Source: a bacterium (GTDB lineage Bacteria > Zhuqueibacterota > Zhuqueibacteria > Residuimicrobiales > Krinioviventaceae). From it: DNA of 64,000 bases. Made by a program: the position numbers and the translations under genes. Numbering within the stretch: the first letter of the stretch is position 1; every line of letters starts with the position of its first letter. Location: assembly GCA_963675755.2 (NCBI GenBank), contig CAXXMD010000003.1, positions 992,001 through 1,056,000 of the forward strand. The letters are read 5' to 3'. Below the pieces are notes generated by a model. It was not told the DNA's origin. It did not search any database and saw nothing but the letters and a program-made list of their open reading frames with translations. Shown one piece after another: positions 1-9,312 of the stretch.

Positions 1-969
1 GATGGGATTTTTTTCAATTATATCAATCCACTTCTTTTTCCCCACAATAATACCACTTTGGGGTCCGCCCAACACCTTGTCACCGCTAAAGGTAACCACA
101 TCGGCACCACTGCGAATACTGTCCTGCACCAAGGGTTCATATGGCAATCCATATTGCTCAAGATCTAAAAGCACACCCCCACCCAGATCATGTATAACAG
201 GTATATCTCTATCTTTAACCAATTGAGACAATTCATCAATACCTACTTCATGGGTAAAGCCCAACACTCTGAAATTTGAAGTATGCGCCACCATTATAGC
301 GCCAGTTTCATTTGAAATGGCATTTTCATAATCGCTGATTTTGGTCTTGTTTGTAGTGCCCACTTCAACCATTTTGGCGCCGCTTTTCTCCATCACATCC
401 GGTATACGAAAAGATCCGCCAATCTCTACCAACTGTCCACGTGAGACAATTGCCTCGCGGTTAAATGCAAGCGTGTTCAACGCAATAAAAACAGCCGCGG
501 CATTATTATTTACAACCACAGCAGCCTCTGCTCCTGTCAGATGGCACAACATTTTACTGACATGTTCATGCCGAACACCTCTCTTGCCACTCTCCATATC
601 CAGTTCCAGATTGGTATATCCCTGCATAATTTTATTAACATGCGCTTGAGCAGAGGGTGAAAAGGGCGCTCTTCCCAGTCCTGTATGGAGAATGATGCCT
701 GTTGCATTGATAACCGGCTTGAGTGCCGGCTTAAATTCATCTGCCAGGATCTGTCCGACTTTATCAAAAATTAAACTTGTAAATGCTTCTTTATCTGCTT
801 TATAATTTCCCTTTTCTTCAAGGATATCTGCTCTCAGGGCCTCCAATACTCGCTGGCACTGGGATTTGATTATATCTCTTGAATATTCTTTCAATAATGC
901 TTCAAAGGTGTTTTCACCCAGCAGGGAATCAACAGAAGGTAATTGTTTTAAAATATCTTGTTTGCTCAT
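1..969 (-). CDS. selA: L-seryl-tRNA(Sec) selenium transferase, 3' end outside the window; absent from the ORF track
   Basis: My translation of the minus strand from ATG at 969 gives MSKQDILKQLPSVD...VINATGIILHTGLGRAP...NLELDMESGKRGVRH...VVNNNAAAV...VSRGQLVEIGGSFRIPDVM...EVGTTNKT...HTSNF...DLGGG...FSGDKVLGGPQSGII, all SelA hallmark motifs including the PLP lysine (SGDK). ATGA overlap with the MFS stop. Confidence 0.95.
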   Translation of the reverse strand, partial: MSKQDILKQLPSVDSLLGENTFEALLKEYSRDIIKSQCQRVLEALRADILEEKGNYKADKEAFTSLIFDKVGQILADEFKPALKPVINATGIILHTGLGRAPFSPSAQAHVNKIMQGYTNLELDMESGKRGVRHEHVSKMLCHLTGAEAAVVVNNNAAAVFIALNTLAFNREAIVSRGQLVEIGGSFRIPDVMEKSGAKMVEVGTTNKTKISDYENAISNETGAIMVAHTSNFRVLGFTHEVGIDELSQLVKDRDIPVIHDLGGGVLLDLEQYGLPYEPLVQDSIRSGADVVTFSGDKVLGGPQSGIIVGKKKWIDIIEKNPI

Positions 970-2171
970 ACATTAACCAAATGTTTACGGGTATCCGGCA
1001 AGAACATGGCCGCAATTGCAGCCATAACGCCTAGTATAATTAAAACCATAAATGCGGATTTCATTCCAAATTTATCAGCATACCAGCCCAAAGGTGTTAC
1101 CAGTAATCCTCCAACACCCCAGGATACTCCCATCATCAGGGAAGATACCGTGTTTACCCGCGAAGGATATAATTCCTGGGCCATTATAATTACCACCGGA
1201 ATGGATCCATATATAAACACACCGGCAAGCGCCAACATTAAAAAGGCGAGTACTCCTTGAAGCTGAAGAAAAAGGTACAGGCATGGTAATGAAAGAAACA
1301 ATGTTAATACAATAATCCGTTTTTTGCCCAAATAATCAGACAAGCTGCCGCCTATCATAGAACCTACCGCACCGGACAATTCAAACAATGTTATGGCAGA
1401 GCCTGAAATAAACAGTGAAAAAGATTTATTATGCAAATAAATGGGCAGATAGGTAATAAAACCGACAATGATAAAAGCCCTGACGGATACAATCACCCAC
1501 AAAAACACCAGGGAGGAATGCTTTTTAAAATCCAACTTGGGTAAACTAGCGCTTTTTTGTCTAACCGGCACATGTTCAAAAGAAGGCAAAGTTAGAAACA
1601 TAAATCCTGAAATTAATATACCAAAAATCATTGTAATCAGACTGTATTGTAAACCCAGATAGGTAACAATAGGAATTATGATAATGGGGCCCAAGGCATG
1701 CCCGGCACTGCCGCCAGTGACAAATATAGACATACCCAGTCCCGCCCGTCGTCCACTGGCGCGGGTGGTATATACTGCAGATTGGGGATGAAAAGCAGCC
1801 GTACCCAACCCGGAAATAATAACAAATAAAACCAGCATCCCATAACTGTTCAAAACGCCAATACAGCCCAGAAAAATGGCTGTAACCAATGGACCAAACA
1901 CAACCAGATACGGATGTTTTGTCTTGTCCGCAATATGCCCGAAAACCGGCTGTGCAAGCGAGTTAAAAACAGACATGAATGATATCAACGCACCAGCAAG
2001 GGGCAGACCAAAACCAATCTTTTCCATTAACAACGGCAGCAATGGCGGCACAAAGCCGGGGTATACATCATTTACAAAATGACCGGCGGATAGAACTGCC
2101 ACGCGATCTACCTGCATGGGTTCCTGCGAGGATGCGGGTAAAGGTTCTTTTCTTGAACGGAAAAATTTCAT
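966..2171 (-). CDS. MFS transporter, Fsr (fosmidomycin resistance)-like
   Basis: About 12 hydrophobic segments; GHFVNDVY, QPVFGHIAD, GTAAFHP and SIFVTGG motifs typical of the Fsr subfamily. Confidence 0.85.
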   Translation of the reverse strand: MKFFRSRKEPLPASSQEPMQVDRVAVLSAGHFVNDVYPGFVPPLLPLLMEKIGFGLPLAGALISFMSVFNSLAQPVFGHIADKTKHPYLVVFGPLVTAIFLGCIGVLNSYGMLVLFVIISGLGTAAFHPQSAVYTTRASGRRAGLGMSIFVTGGSAGHALGPIIIIPIVTYLGLQYSLITMIFGILISGFMFLTLPSFEHVPVRQKSASLPKLDFKKHSSLVFLWVIVSVRAFIIVGFITYLPIYLHNKSFSLFISGSAITLFELSGAVGSMIGGSLSDYLGKKRIIVLTLFLSLPCLYLFLQLQGVLAFLMLALAGVFIYGSIPVVIIMAQELYPSRVNTVSSLMMGVSWGVGGLLVTPLGWYADKFGMKSAFMVLIILGVMAAIAAMFLPDTRKHLVNV

Positions 2172-2830
2172 GATGTGGATTTACCTGCCTTAATAACGAT
2201 AAACACTCCAATACCTATCAACAGGATGGGAATAATCATATCTGCTCGCAACCAGGAAACTGACTCGGCATAGACAACAATTGCCAACAATAAACATCCT
2301 GCAGCAGGAAAGATAGCCCATTTTAAACGATACTGTTCTGAAGCCAGGGAATACAAATAAAAAAAAGTTAATCCAACTCCCAGAAAAAAGACAACCCCGC
2401 CAATATCTCCATTAGTCATGAGATTAAATTCTTCTACCAAAACAATGGTACCAACCGTAAGCATTGTACCGGCAGGGATTATAGCCCACCAATGATCATG
2501 GTTCCGGTAATATACCATACCAAAGATCAAAGCTCCAGCCCATAAAAACGCGATCCCAATAATCTCTTCGGGGAAAAAGCTAAAATCCTTGAACAGCATG
2601 GAAACCCCAAAAATAAACAGAAAAAGCGAAGGGATGATTGCCCACCAGTTCCCGTTTTTTTGACGATATACATGAAAAAACATAAAAGATAATAATAAAA
2701 AGAAAACACCACCTAAAAAATCATCTGCATTATCCAATATACCAATATTATTCATTAAAAGGATAAAGCCAAAAACCACAATTGCGGCTCCGAGATACAA
2801 ACCTCGTTTTTTATCGTTCATGTCTCCCAC
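2168..2830 (-). CDS. Multi-pass membrane protein with internal W(W)AI(I/F)P repeats
   Basis: About 8 TM segments; WWAIIPS, WWAIIPA and KWAIFPA repeats; ATGA overlap with the MFS start. Confidence 0.7.
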   Translation of the reverse strand: MGDMNDKKRGLYLGAAIVVFGFILLMNNIGILDNADDFLGGVFFLLLSFMFFHVYRQKNGNWWAIIPSLFLFIFGVSMLFKDFSFFPEEIIGIAFLWAGALIFGMVYYRNHDHWWAIIPAGTMLTVGTIVLVEEFNLMTNGDIGGVVFFLGVGLTFFYLYSLASEQYRLKWAIFPAAGCLLLAIVVYAESVSWLRADMIIPILLIGIGVFIVIKAGKSTS

Positions 2831-2867
2831 CTTAAATAATTACACTGTAAAATACAAGGTAAGCAAT

Positions 2868-4478
2868 TTAAAATTTGTATAAAAGTTCAAAATTTAAAAG
2901 ATTGCTGATAGTGTTGGCTCCTTCAAGCTCCTGGTCTGTGTCATAATCGATCATACCCATCCCATTGATCTCAATACTTGAAGTTATGTCCCAGGAGAGA
3001 TAGAAAAAGAAAGAATTGATATTGCGGTTTGAATAAAGGGATAGTCCTGAATAATCATAACTGGTGTAATTGGGGTATCGCTGGGCCTGATAAGAATTGG
3101 AGATACTGGCAAGAAAACCATTCATCATCATAATATCCAGAGTAAATACCGGGCCATGCGAATAAAAATCTTCAATCTGTACGGATTCATCTGTTTCTCC
3201 GCCAACATCATGCAATTTATTTCTAAATCTATACCCCAGTTGCAGTGTAAAATAATCACCCAAACCTGTCTCAAAACCTGGTTCAACATTATAATCCAAA
3301 TAATCCGGAATGGAGGATGTTATTGTCTCGTACGCGCGGGATTCAACTTCAAACTCTAACATAAAGCGCGTATCACCAAACAGAGTATAGCGCAAATCAG
3401 CCAGGTTGTAAATATCACTGAAATCATTGGTGTATAATGAATCAATATAACCATGTACATATTGCCGGGTTCTGTATCTGAACATATCTGTCAAAGAAAA
3501 ACGGGTGTATAAATCTGGCCATAATTGCGCATTTAAAGAGGACTCATCATAATCACGTAAAGCATCCAATCCGTATTTGCGAAAACGACTCTCGCCTCCT
3601 ACTTTGAGACGTCCAAAGTCCGGTATGCGGGTTTCTGCTGACAATTGCAGACGATTCTGTTTGTAATTTGAGAAATACTCTGACTCGATGTTATATTTTC
3701 GCAGTTCAAATTCATCATCAAGAGAAAAAACAAGCTTTTCAATGGGTTGATAATAGAACCCCGCTTCAAAACTATTATCAAAAAAGCTAAATTCTGTATT
3801 CTGTTTGTATGATGTTTTTTCAGAGGCGTTTTTAAAAACTCCGCGAAATTTATTCGTAAACTTTTGATAATGTTCCAGATAAATACTGGCCGAGTTGTAT
3901 TCCTGACTGGATTTCAACTCGATTTGCATCTGGCTCTGTATCGTTTCTCCCTTTTCAAAATCAAGGTAAACTCTTAATCCACCATGAGGATTAGTCTGTT
4001 CGTCCGTAATGGTACTGTCTTTTTCATTGAAAACAAGACCAAACTTTTGCTGCCAGTATTCTGAACCAGTAAAAGCAACAAAATCCCATTTCAGGGATGA
4101 AGACGGTTTTTGGTATTGAACACCAGGTACTGCCAGTGTTTGGACCATAGGTTGTTCCAATAAACCGATAACATTTTCCAGATACTCTGCAGCAATATCG
4201 TACATGTGCTCATCAGCTAAAAGGACTGCATCCTGTACAAGCAATTTGACTTCTGCTAAAATATCCGTTTCAACATTCGGACTTTGCTTGAGCAATCGCT
4301 CAATATGGGACATTTTAATCTGGTAAAGTGTATATTCCGCAGATGCGGATTCATCCTGTGCTGAATTAACAGTGGGTTCTACTGCAAAGGAAAGCGTACA
4401 AACAAATAAAACCAACCCCAGAATACTATTTTTCAGTAATGCAGTGATCTCGTACAACTCCCGACGATTACTGATCAA
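2868..4478 (-). CDS. Putative outer-membrane beta-barrel protein with N-terminal helical module
   Basis: Signal-like segment, Y/F-rich alternating beta pattern, C-terminal ...FELLYKF (terminal Phe, BAM-type signal). Start codon uncertain. Confidence 0.6.
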   Translation of the reverse strand: MISNRRELYEITALLKNSILGLVLFVCTLSFAVEPTVNSAQDESASAEYTLYQIKMSHIERLLKQSPNVETDILAEVKLLVQDAVLLADEHMYDIAAEYLENVIGLLEQPMVQTLAVPGVQYQKPSSSLKWDFVAFTGSEYWQQKFGLVFNEKDSTITDEQTNPHGGLRVYLDFEKGETIQSQMQIELKSSQEYNSASIYLEHYQKFTNKFRGVFKNASEKTSYKQNTEFSFFDNSFEAGFYYQPIEKLVFSLDDEFELRKYNIESEYFSNYKQNRLQLSAETRIPDFGRLKVGGESRFRKYGLDALRDYDESSLNAQLWPDLYTRFSLTDMFRYRTRQYVHGYIDSLYTNDFSDIYNLADLRYTLFGDTRFMLEFEVESRAYETITSSIPDYLDYNVEPGFETGLGDYFTLQLGYRFRNKLHDVGGETDESVQIEDFYSHGPVFTLDIMMMNGFLASISNSYQAQRYPNYTSYDYSGLSLYSNRNINSFFFYLSWDITSSIEINGMGMIDYDTDQELEGANTISNLLNFELLYKF

Positions 4479-4504
4479 TCATGGCCCCGCTGCCGGGGCC
4501 ATGA
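4479..4504. other. GC-rich intergenic hairpin, 11-bp perfect stem
   Basis: TCATGGCCCCG-CTGC-CGGGGCCATGA, with no clear U-tract on the minus strand. Confidence 0.75.
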
Positions 4505-4513
4505 CAGTCAATT

Positions 4514-7500
4514 TTATTTAATAAATATCATTCGTTTTTGATCAACAAACCGCCCGGATTCGGACTGCGCCTCCATCCGGTAAATATACATACCAGATGC
4601 CAGCACAACACCGTTATTATCGGTTCCATCCCACGATAATGAATACGCACCGGCTTGTCTTGAGCCTTCAAATATAGTACGCACATTTTTACCAAGCAAA
4701 TTAAAAATCTGTAATTTTACCTGCGCGGTATTGGGCAATACAAACCGAATGGTTGTTGACGGATTAAATGGATTGGGATAATTTTGTTCAAGCTGATACG
4801 CAACAGGTACAATTATTTCCGTTTCAATATCAGTTGTTACATCACCCAAAACAATAACCGTGTCATATACTTCCAAACCATCACCAACACTCAGGTCTTC
4901 AGAATTTTCCTCGGATGTTCCGTTCAAATAACTTTCATCATAACCGGTTTGTGATGCCATAAGAGAATACTTGCCAGCGGGCACACCATGCAGCAAGAAA
5001 CTACCATCAGCTTCGGTGATTTCAGCCGCAATGACCTCACCTGCCTGCTTTGCAACTACAAGCGCGCCTTCTTTAGCATTACCTTTTTTATCTACAATCA
5101 AACCTTTAATCGTATAAGCACCTTCTTCCTGCGCTGCCAAATTAAAATTTATTTCCGATGTAACAATGTCGGTTTCCACGGTTACTGTTTCAGCGTCCAG
5201 CCATGAATATACATTGTCATAAAATTCACCAACATAATTCAGGGCACGACAACTGATAATATAATCACCAGGAGTTACACCCAGAATTTCATAAGAACCA
5301 TCAGGGCCGGTTACTCCTCTGCGGGGTTTTGCAAAATCCAAAGGCATCATGGTTACTACTGCGCCTTCAACCGGTATCTCACCACTCTCATCCATAACAA
5401 CACCAGAGATTCCACTACCGCTCAACTCGACGGCTGCAAGGGTAAAATTGATATTTACATTAGAGCCGGACTCTAAAAGTTCGATCTCATCTGCATCTTC
5501 TCTGCTCACCTCATCAAGATACCATTCACGTTCATATCCACGTTTTACTGCAATTGCAAGATACTCGCCGGCAGGCAATCCCTTAATGGTCCAAAAACCA
5601 TCAGCGTCTGTTTTTGCAGCTTTTCTCAACTTGCCGTCAACGCGTTCCACTCTAACTATAGCATTTTCCAGTGGTGTTGCGGACTCGGAATCAACAACCT
5701 GACCGCCAAGAATTCCACCGACTGACAATGTAAAATCAATATCCTGTACCGGTACACCACTTTCAACTGTAACTTTTGTAGCATTTGCAAGCGAGTCAGC
5801 TTCCTGCCAAAATTCAACCAGATAACTGTCAGCATTGGCTGCTACAAAAAACTCACCAGTTGGTACGGAAGGAATTACATAGTCACCGTTTTCATCTGTA
5901 ATTGCACTGAATTTCCGTCCATATCCGTACAAGTTGCCTTCATAAAACGCGGCAACACGTACACCCTGCATGGTTACACCTGTATTTTCATCTGTAACTG
6001 TTCCGGATATACTGCCAAATGGCGCCAAACCTACTTTTATTACAGTATGCTGATCTTTAAAAATCTGCACAGGCGTTGCTGTTTCTGCCTCATCTACCCC
6101 ATCAAACCATTCAGGTACAAAATCGGATGCCCGGGTGTATACAAGGTAAAATCCAGGATTCAACTGTAAAGAGAATGCTCCGTTTTCATCTGTGCGGGCA
6201 ACATGTCTAAACTGATTCAAAAATCCTTCACCCGTCTGCGGGCTTTCTGATAGCAATTCACGTACGGCTACAATAGCACCTTCAATGGGCGATCCATCTG
6301 CATCACTGGTTACTACACCAGTTAAAGCGTTGGTTACTGTTAATGTCATATCAATACCCGATGTTTCATCAGGCGCGGTTACACTGACAGGAGTAACATC
6401 TTCGGGCAAACGAACATTATCATAATATTCTGCAACATATCCTGATTTATTGGCATACACTGCGTATGAGCCTGTTTTCATACCGGTAATTGCATATTCA
6501 CCATTTACATCACTCAATGCGTGATAACGACGAGTAGGATTTACTGCAAGTGCTGCTGTAAGGCTAACACCTTCAATCGGTTCACCGGTGGCTTCATCAG
6601 TGATAACACCGGTAATACTGCCACCCGTGCCCAGTTCAAAATTAATTCCCGTCACATCTTCCTCCTCACCCACACTAACCGGAGTCGTTTGATCAAAATC
6701 TGTCACATTGTCATAAAACTCTCGTATATATCCGTCGGCTTCAGCGACAACAACAAAATTACCCGGTACAAGATTATCAAACATATAACTGCCATCATTA
6801 GATACATCCATTATTTTCCGCTGAACCGGAATTCCTAAACGAATAACCGCAACTTTGGCCCCGTCAATTACACTGCTGCCTTCATCGGTTACTGTACCGG
6901 AAATAGAACCGGTAGGTTCAGAACTAACCAATACTTCTGCTTCACCTTTAAATTGCACACCTTCAATATCAACAACTGCCGTTACCGTTCCTTCGGCAAA
7001 CCGTGGACCGGCGGTAAAAACGCCTTCATCCGAAATCACGCCAATACTTTTGGGAGACACCAACCAGCGCACACCATCAATTCGTAATGAAATACCATTG
7101 GGGCCTTTGGCAATTGCTGCAAATGTTAAATTTCCCAGAGGTTCTACAATAGCTTGTTCTGGTTCTACTATAATACTAATTTCAGGATCAGGTGATTCTC
7201 CTACAATAACAAGTGCATCACCAGACATCCGCTCTCCCTTAATCCTTGCGGTTGCAGTAACAGTTGCTCTAACAAATTCATCTCCTGCTACAAAATAGCC
7301 TTCGTTTGAAATCGTACCGGCAGTTTCCGGAGAAACACTCCATTCGTATTCATCAACCGTCAGCGGTACACCCAGTTCTGAAAAGGCCTGGGCTTCATAT
7401 TGCAAACCTTCACCATAATCAATCCATTGACGCTGAGGATGTAATACAATTGTTTGAGAAAACAGAGTCCCCGTCAAAATAATGACCAGTAGACACACCA

Positions 7501-7528
7501 ATCCTGTTGAAAATTTATGTGGTAACAT
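4514..7528 (-). CDS. Secreted protein: 2 Ig-like domains, about 7 carboxypeptidase-regulatory-like (Cna-B-type) repeats, FlgD-Ig/T9SS-A-like CTD
   Basis: Signal peptide; repeated G.ISG.V.DE...PIEGA.V...TD.NG.Y...G.Y.V.A...Y..E(F/Y/W)(Y/F)D units; C-terminal LEQNYPNPFNPSTTIRF...WDGTD..G..LASGMYIYR. Confidence 0.85.
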   Translation of the reverse strand: MLPHKFSTGLVCLLVIILTGTLFSQTIVLHPQRQWIDYGEGLQYEAQAFSELGVPLTVDEYEWSVSPETAGTISNEGYFVAGDEFVRATVTATARIKGERMSGDALVIVGESPDPEISIIVEPEQAIVEPLGNLTFAAIAKGPNGISLRIDGVRWLVSPKSIGVISDEGVFTAGPRFAEGTVTAVVDIEGVQFKGEAEVLVSSEPTGSISGTVTDEGSSVIDGAKVAVIRLGIPVQRKIMDVSNDGSYMFDNLVPGNFVVVAEADGYIREFYDNVTDFDQTTPVSVGEEEDVTGINFELGTGGSITGVITDEATGEPIEGVSLTAALAVNPTRRYHALSDVNGEYAITGMKTGSYAVYANKSGYVAEYYDNVRLPEDVTPVSVTAPDETSGIDMTLTVTNALTGVVTSDADGSPIEGAIVAVRELLSESPQTGEGFLNQFRHVARTDENGAFSLQLNPGFYLVYTRASDFVPEWFDGVDEAETATPVQIFKDQHTVIKVGLAPFGSISGTVTDENTGVTMQGVRVAAFYEGNLYGYGRKFSAITDENGDYVIPSVPTGEFFVAANADSYLVEFWQEADSLANATKVTVESGVPVQDIDFTLSVGGILGGQVVDSESATPLENAIVRVERVDGKLRKAAKTDADGFWTIKGLPAGEYLAIAVKRGYEREWYLDEVSREDADEIELLESGSNVNINFTLAAVELSGSGISGVVMDESGEIPVEGAVVTMMPLDFAKPRRGVTGPDGSYEILGVTPGDYIISCRALNYVGEFYDNVYSWLDAETVTVETDIVTSEINFNLAAQEEGAYTIKGLIVDKKGNAKEGALVVAKQAGEVIAAEITEADGSFLLHGVPAGKYSLMASQTGYDESYLNGTSEENSEDLSVGDGLEVYDTVIVLGDVTTDIETEIIVPVAYQLEQNYPNPFNPSTTIRFVLPNTAQVKLQIFNLLGKNVRTIFEGSRQAGAYSLSWDGTDNNGVVLASGMYIYRMEAQSESGRFVDQKRMIFIK

Positions 7529-7692
7529 GACATTCTCCTTAAAATGATATTGATTTTAAATGGGTAATAAACTAACTTGGAGGAAATAGCTCCGTTTGGG
7601 TCGTTTCTTTGGCATCCCAACCATAATTGAAACAGCAACCTGAGCGGGGCTTATCCTTCACTTAACGATCTAAACACAGATCACCACCTCCT

Positions 7693-9138
7693 TTATTGAA
7701 TTTTGTCTAATAAATTAAATCCCAATTTTATATATTCATTCGCGGCTATTGCCTGATTATTTGCCAGTGCCTGTTCAGCTCGCCGCAGCATTTTTTTCGC
7801 TTCAGTAACAAAATCTACATTTGTTTCAGTGTCTTCACGCGATTCATATTTATGAATCTCTTGTTCAAGCTGATCTGCTCTTGCTCGTACATCTTCCTGG
7901 TTAATCTTGACATCTGAAGCTGTTGAAGAAGCAGCATTTACAAAACGATTTCCCGCGTATATCATTTCAAGTGCCAATCGGGTGCGTCCTTCGCCAAGAT
8001 ATCTTTGAGCATCGTCAGCACTCGACTGTGCAGCTTTGAGCAATTCATTCCGGGTTCCGGTTCCGCTATTATCTTTTTGTCTGTCTATTTCATCACGCAA
8101 TCGTCCAAGTTCTTGCTCTACCCGGTCATTCATCTGAGCTGGCGTATTGCTCCAAAGGCGGGTCAACACATTCCTACCCAAAACAGCCCGTCGTATAGCA
8201 ATCTCGTATCGTTCTCCGTTCAATGCCGTATTGGCCTGTGTGTAAATCCGCTCAACTCGGTCCAGAACAAAACCAGCCTGTGAGCCGGATTGTACATTGA
8301 TTTCATTACGTGCTGTGTTTAACAACTCTCCAAGCATTTCCACTTCTTCAATAGCCTGTTCACGTATGGAAAAGCCCTGTCCCTGACAGAGATCTATAGC
8401 ACGCAGCAACAATCGGGTATTACTGTAATATAAGCCAATAGCAACTTTATAATTACCAGATTGAACTGCCTGTAATATATTGTGATATTGTTCTTTCGCC
8501 TGGTTGATCAGTTTTATAGCCTGTTCATCATTACAACTGCCGATCAGTTCCTCTGCACGATTGACGAGTTCCAGATATTTTTCTTTTTCTTCTTCAAGGG
8601 TTTCCGGATTCACCGTCAGACCTGATGTACGAACAAGCCCGATTGATCGCTCTGCGTAAAATTTTGCAACCCGAAAATGCTCCATAGCCTTTCGAGTCTG
8701 TTTATTCCGTAATGCGCGTATTCCGGCTTGACGGTTCTCTTTGGCCTGACTCAACATTCGTTCCGCTTCACGGTTATTCATTCCCGGAACTAGCTGCTCA
8801 GCATTCCGGATCAATTCATCTATCTGTTCCTGTATCCTGTCGACCGGAACGGCTGTAATACGATCAATGGCCTGATTTATCAGCACCAAAGCCGCTTTTA
8901 TCTTGGCGGTTGCCAGAGTGTTTCGTCCACGACTAAAAAAAGATACCGCCTCATCCCGCTGTCGAATAGCGCTATCAATCCATTGTTCAGCCTGACTGTC
9001 AGGAAACAACTTTAACAGCTCCTGTGCGGCATCGATTTTGGAATTCAACACATCTAAACCGTTTCTCGCGTTTTGCGCGTTAACAGCAGATACCAAAATC
9101 ATCAAGGCTAAAATTGTATATATTATTCTTTTCATCAT
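7693..9138 (-). CDS. Exported all-alpha protein with about six ~78-aa three-helix repeats
   Basis: Sec signal (MMKRIIYTILALMILVSAVNA|Q); recurring I..AEEL...A..LI.QA......A....G....A units. Confidence 0.7.
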   Translation of the reverse strand: MMKRIIYTILALMILVSAVNAQNARNGLDVLNSKIDAAQELLKLFPDSQAEQWIDSAIRQRDEAVSFFSRGRNTLATAKIKAALVLINQAIDRITAVPVDRIQEQIDELIRNAEQLVPGMNNREAERMLSQAKENRQAGIRALRNKQTRKAMEHFRVAKFYAERSIGLVRTSGLTVNPETLEEEKEKYLELVNRAEELIGSCNDEQAIKLINQAKEQYHNILQAVQSGNYKVAIGLYYSNTRLLLRAIDLCQGQGFSIREQAIEEVEMLGELLNTARNEINVQSGSQAGFVLDRVERIYTQANTALNGERYEIAIRRAVLGRNVLTRLWSNTPAQMNDRVEQELGRLRDEIDRQKDNSGTGTRNELLKAAQSSADDAQRYLGEGRTRLALEMIYAGNRFVNAASSTASDVKINQEDVRARADQLEQEIHKYESREDTETNVDFVTEAKKMLRRAEQALANNQAIAANEYIKLGFNLLDKIQ

Positions 9139-9161
9139 ATTTGCTTTTTTTTGATTATATC

Positions 9162-9177
9162 AGCAACTGATATGCCA
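9162..9177 (-). promoter_or_regulatory. sigma54-type -24/-12 promoter
   Basis: Minus strand TGGCATATCAGTTGCT = GG-N10-GC with TGGCA and TTGCT flanks, ending 23 nt before the ATG at 9138. Confidence 0.75.
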
Positions 9178-9273
9178 TATCTTTTCACAACTACCATTCG
9201 CGGCATAAACCATTCAAAAACAGAATGTTAACGACAAACAATGTAATAGAAATAATTTATAATATTATAAAAC

Positions 9274-9311
9274 CGTACTTTTACGTACAATTGGGTGTAC
9301 CTGTAGGTACA
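9274..9311. promoter_or_regulatory. Tandem palindromic enhancer-like sites (GTAC-N6-GTAC, equivalent to TGT-N10-ACA)
   Basis: CGTACTTTTACGTACA (9274-9289) and TGTACCTGTAGGTACA (9296-9311), 22 bp apart, about 100-135 bp upstream of the sigma54 element. Confidence 0.6.
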
Positions 9312-9312
9312 T

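Noticed and set aside
7585-7625. Minus-strand GGGATGCCAAAG resembling the GGGACGCAAAG of c-di-GMP-I riboswitches
   Set aside because: The upstream GCAAA/GNRA stem and downstream tetraloop-receptor stem are not present.
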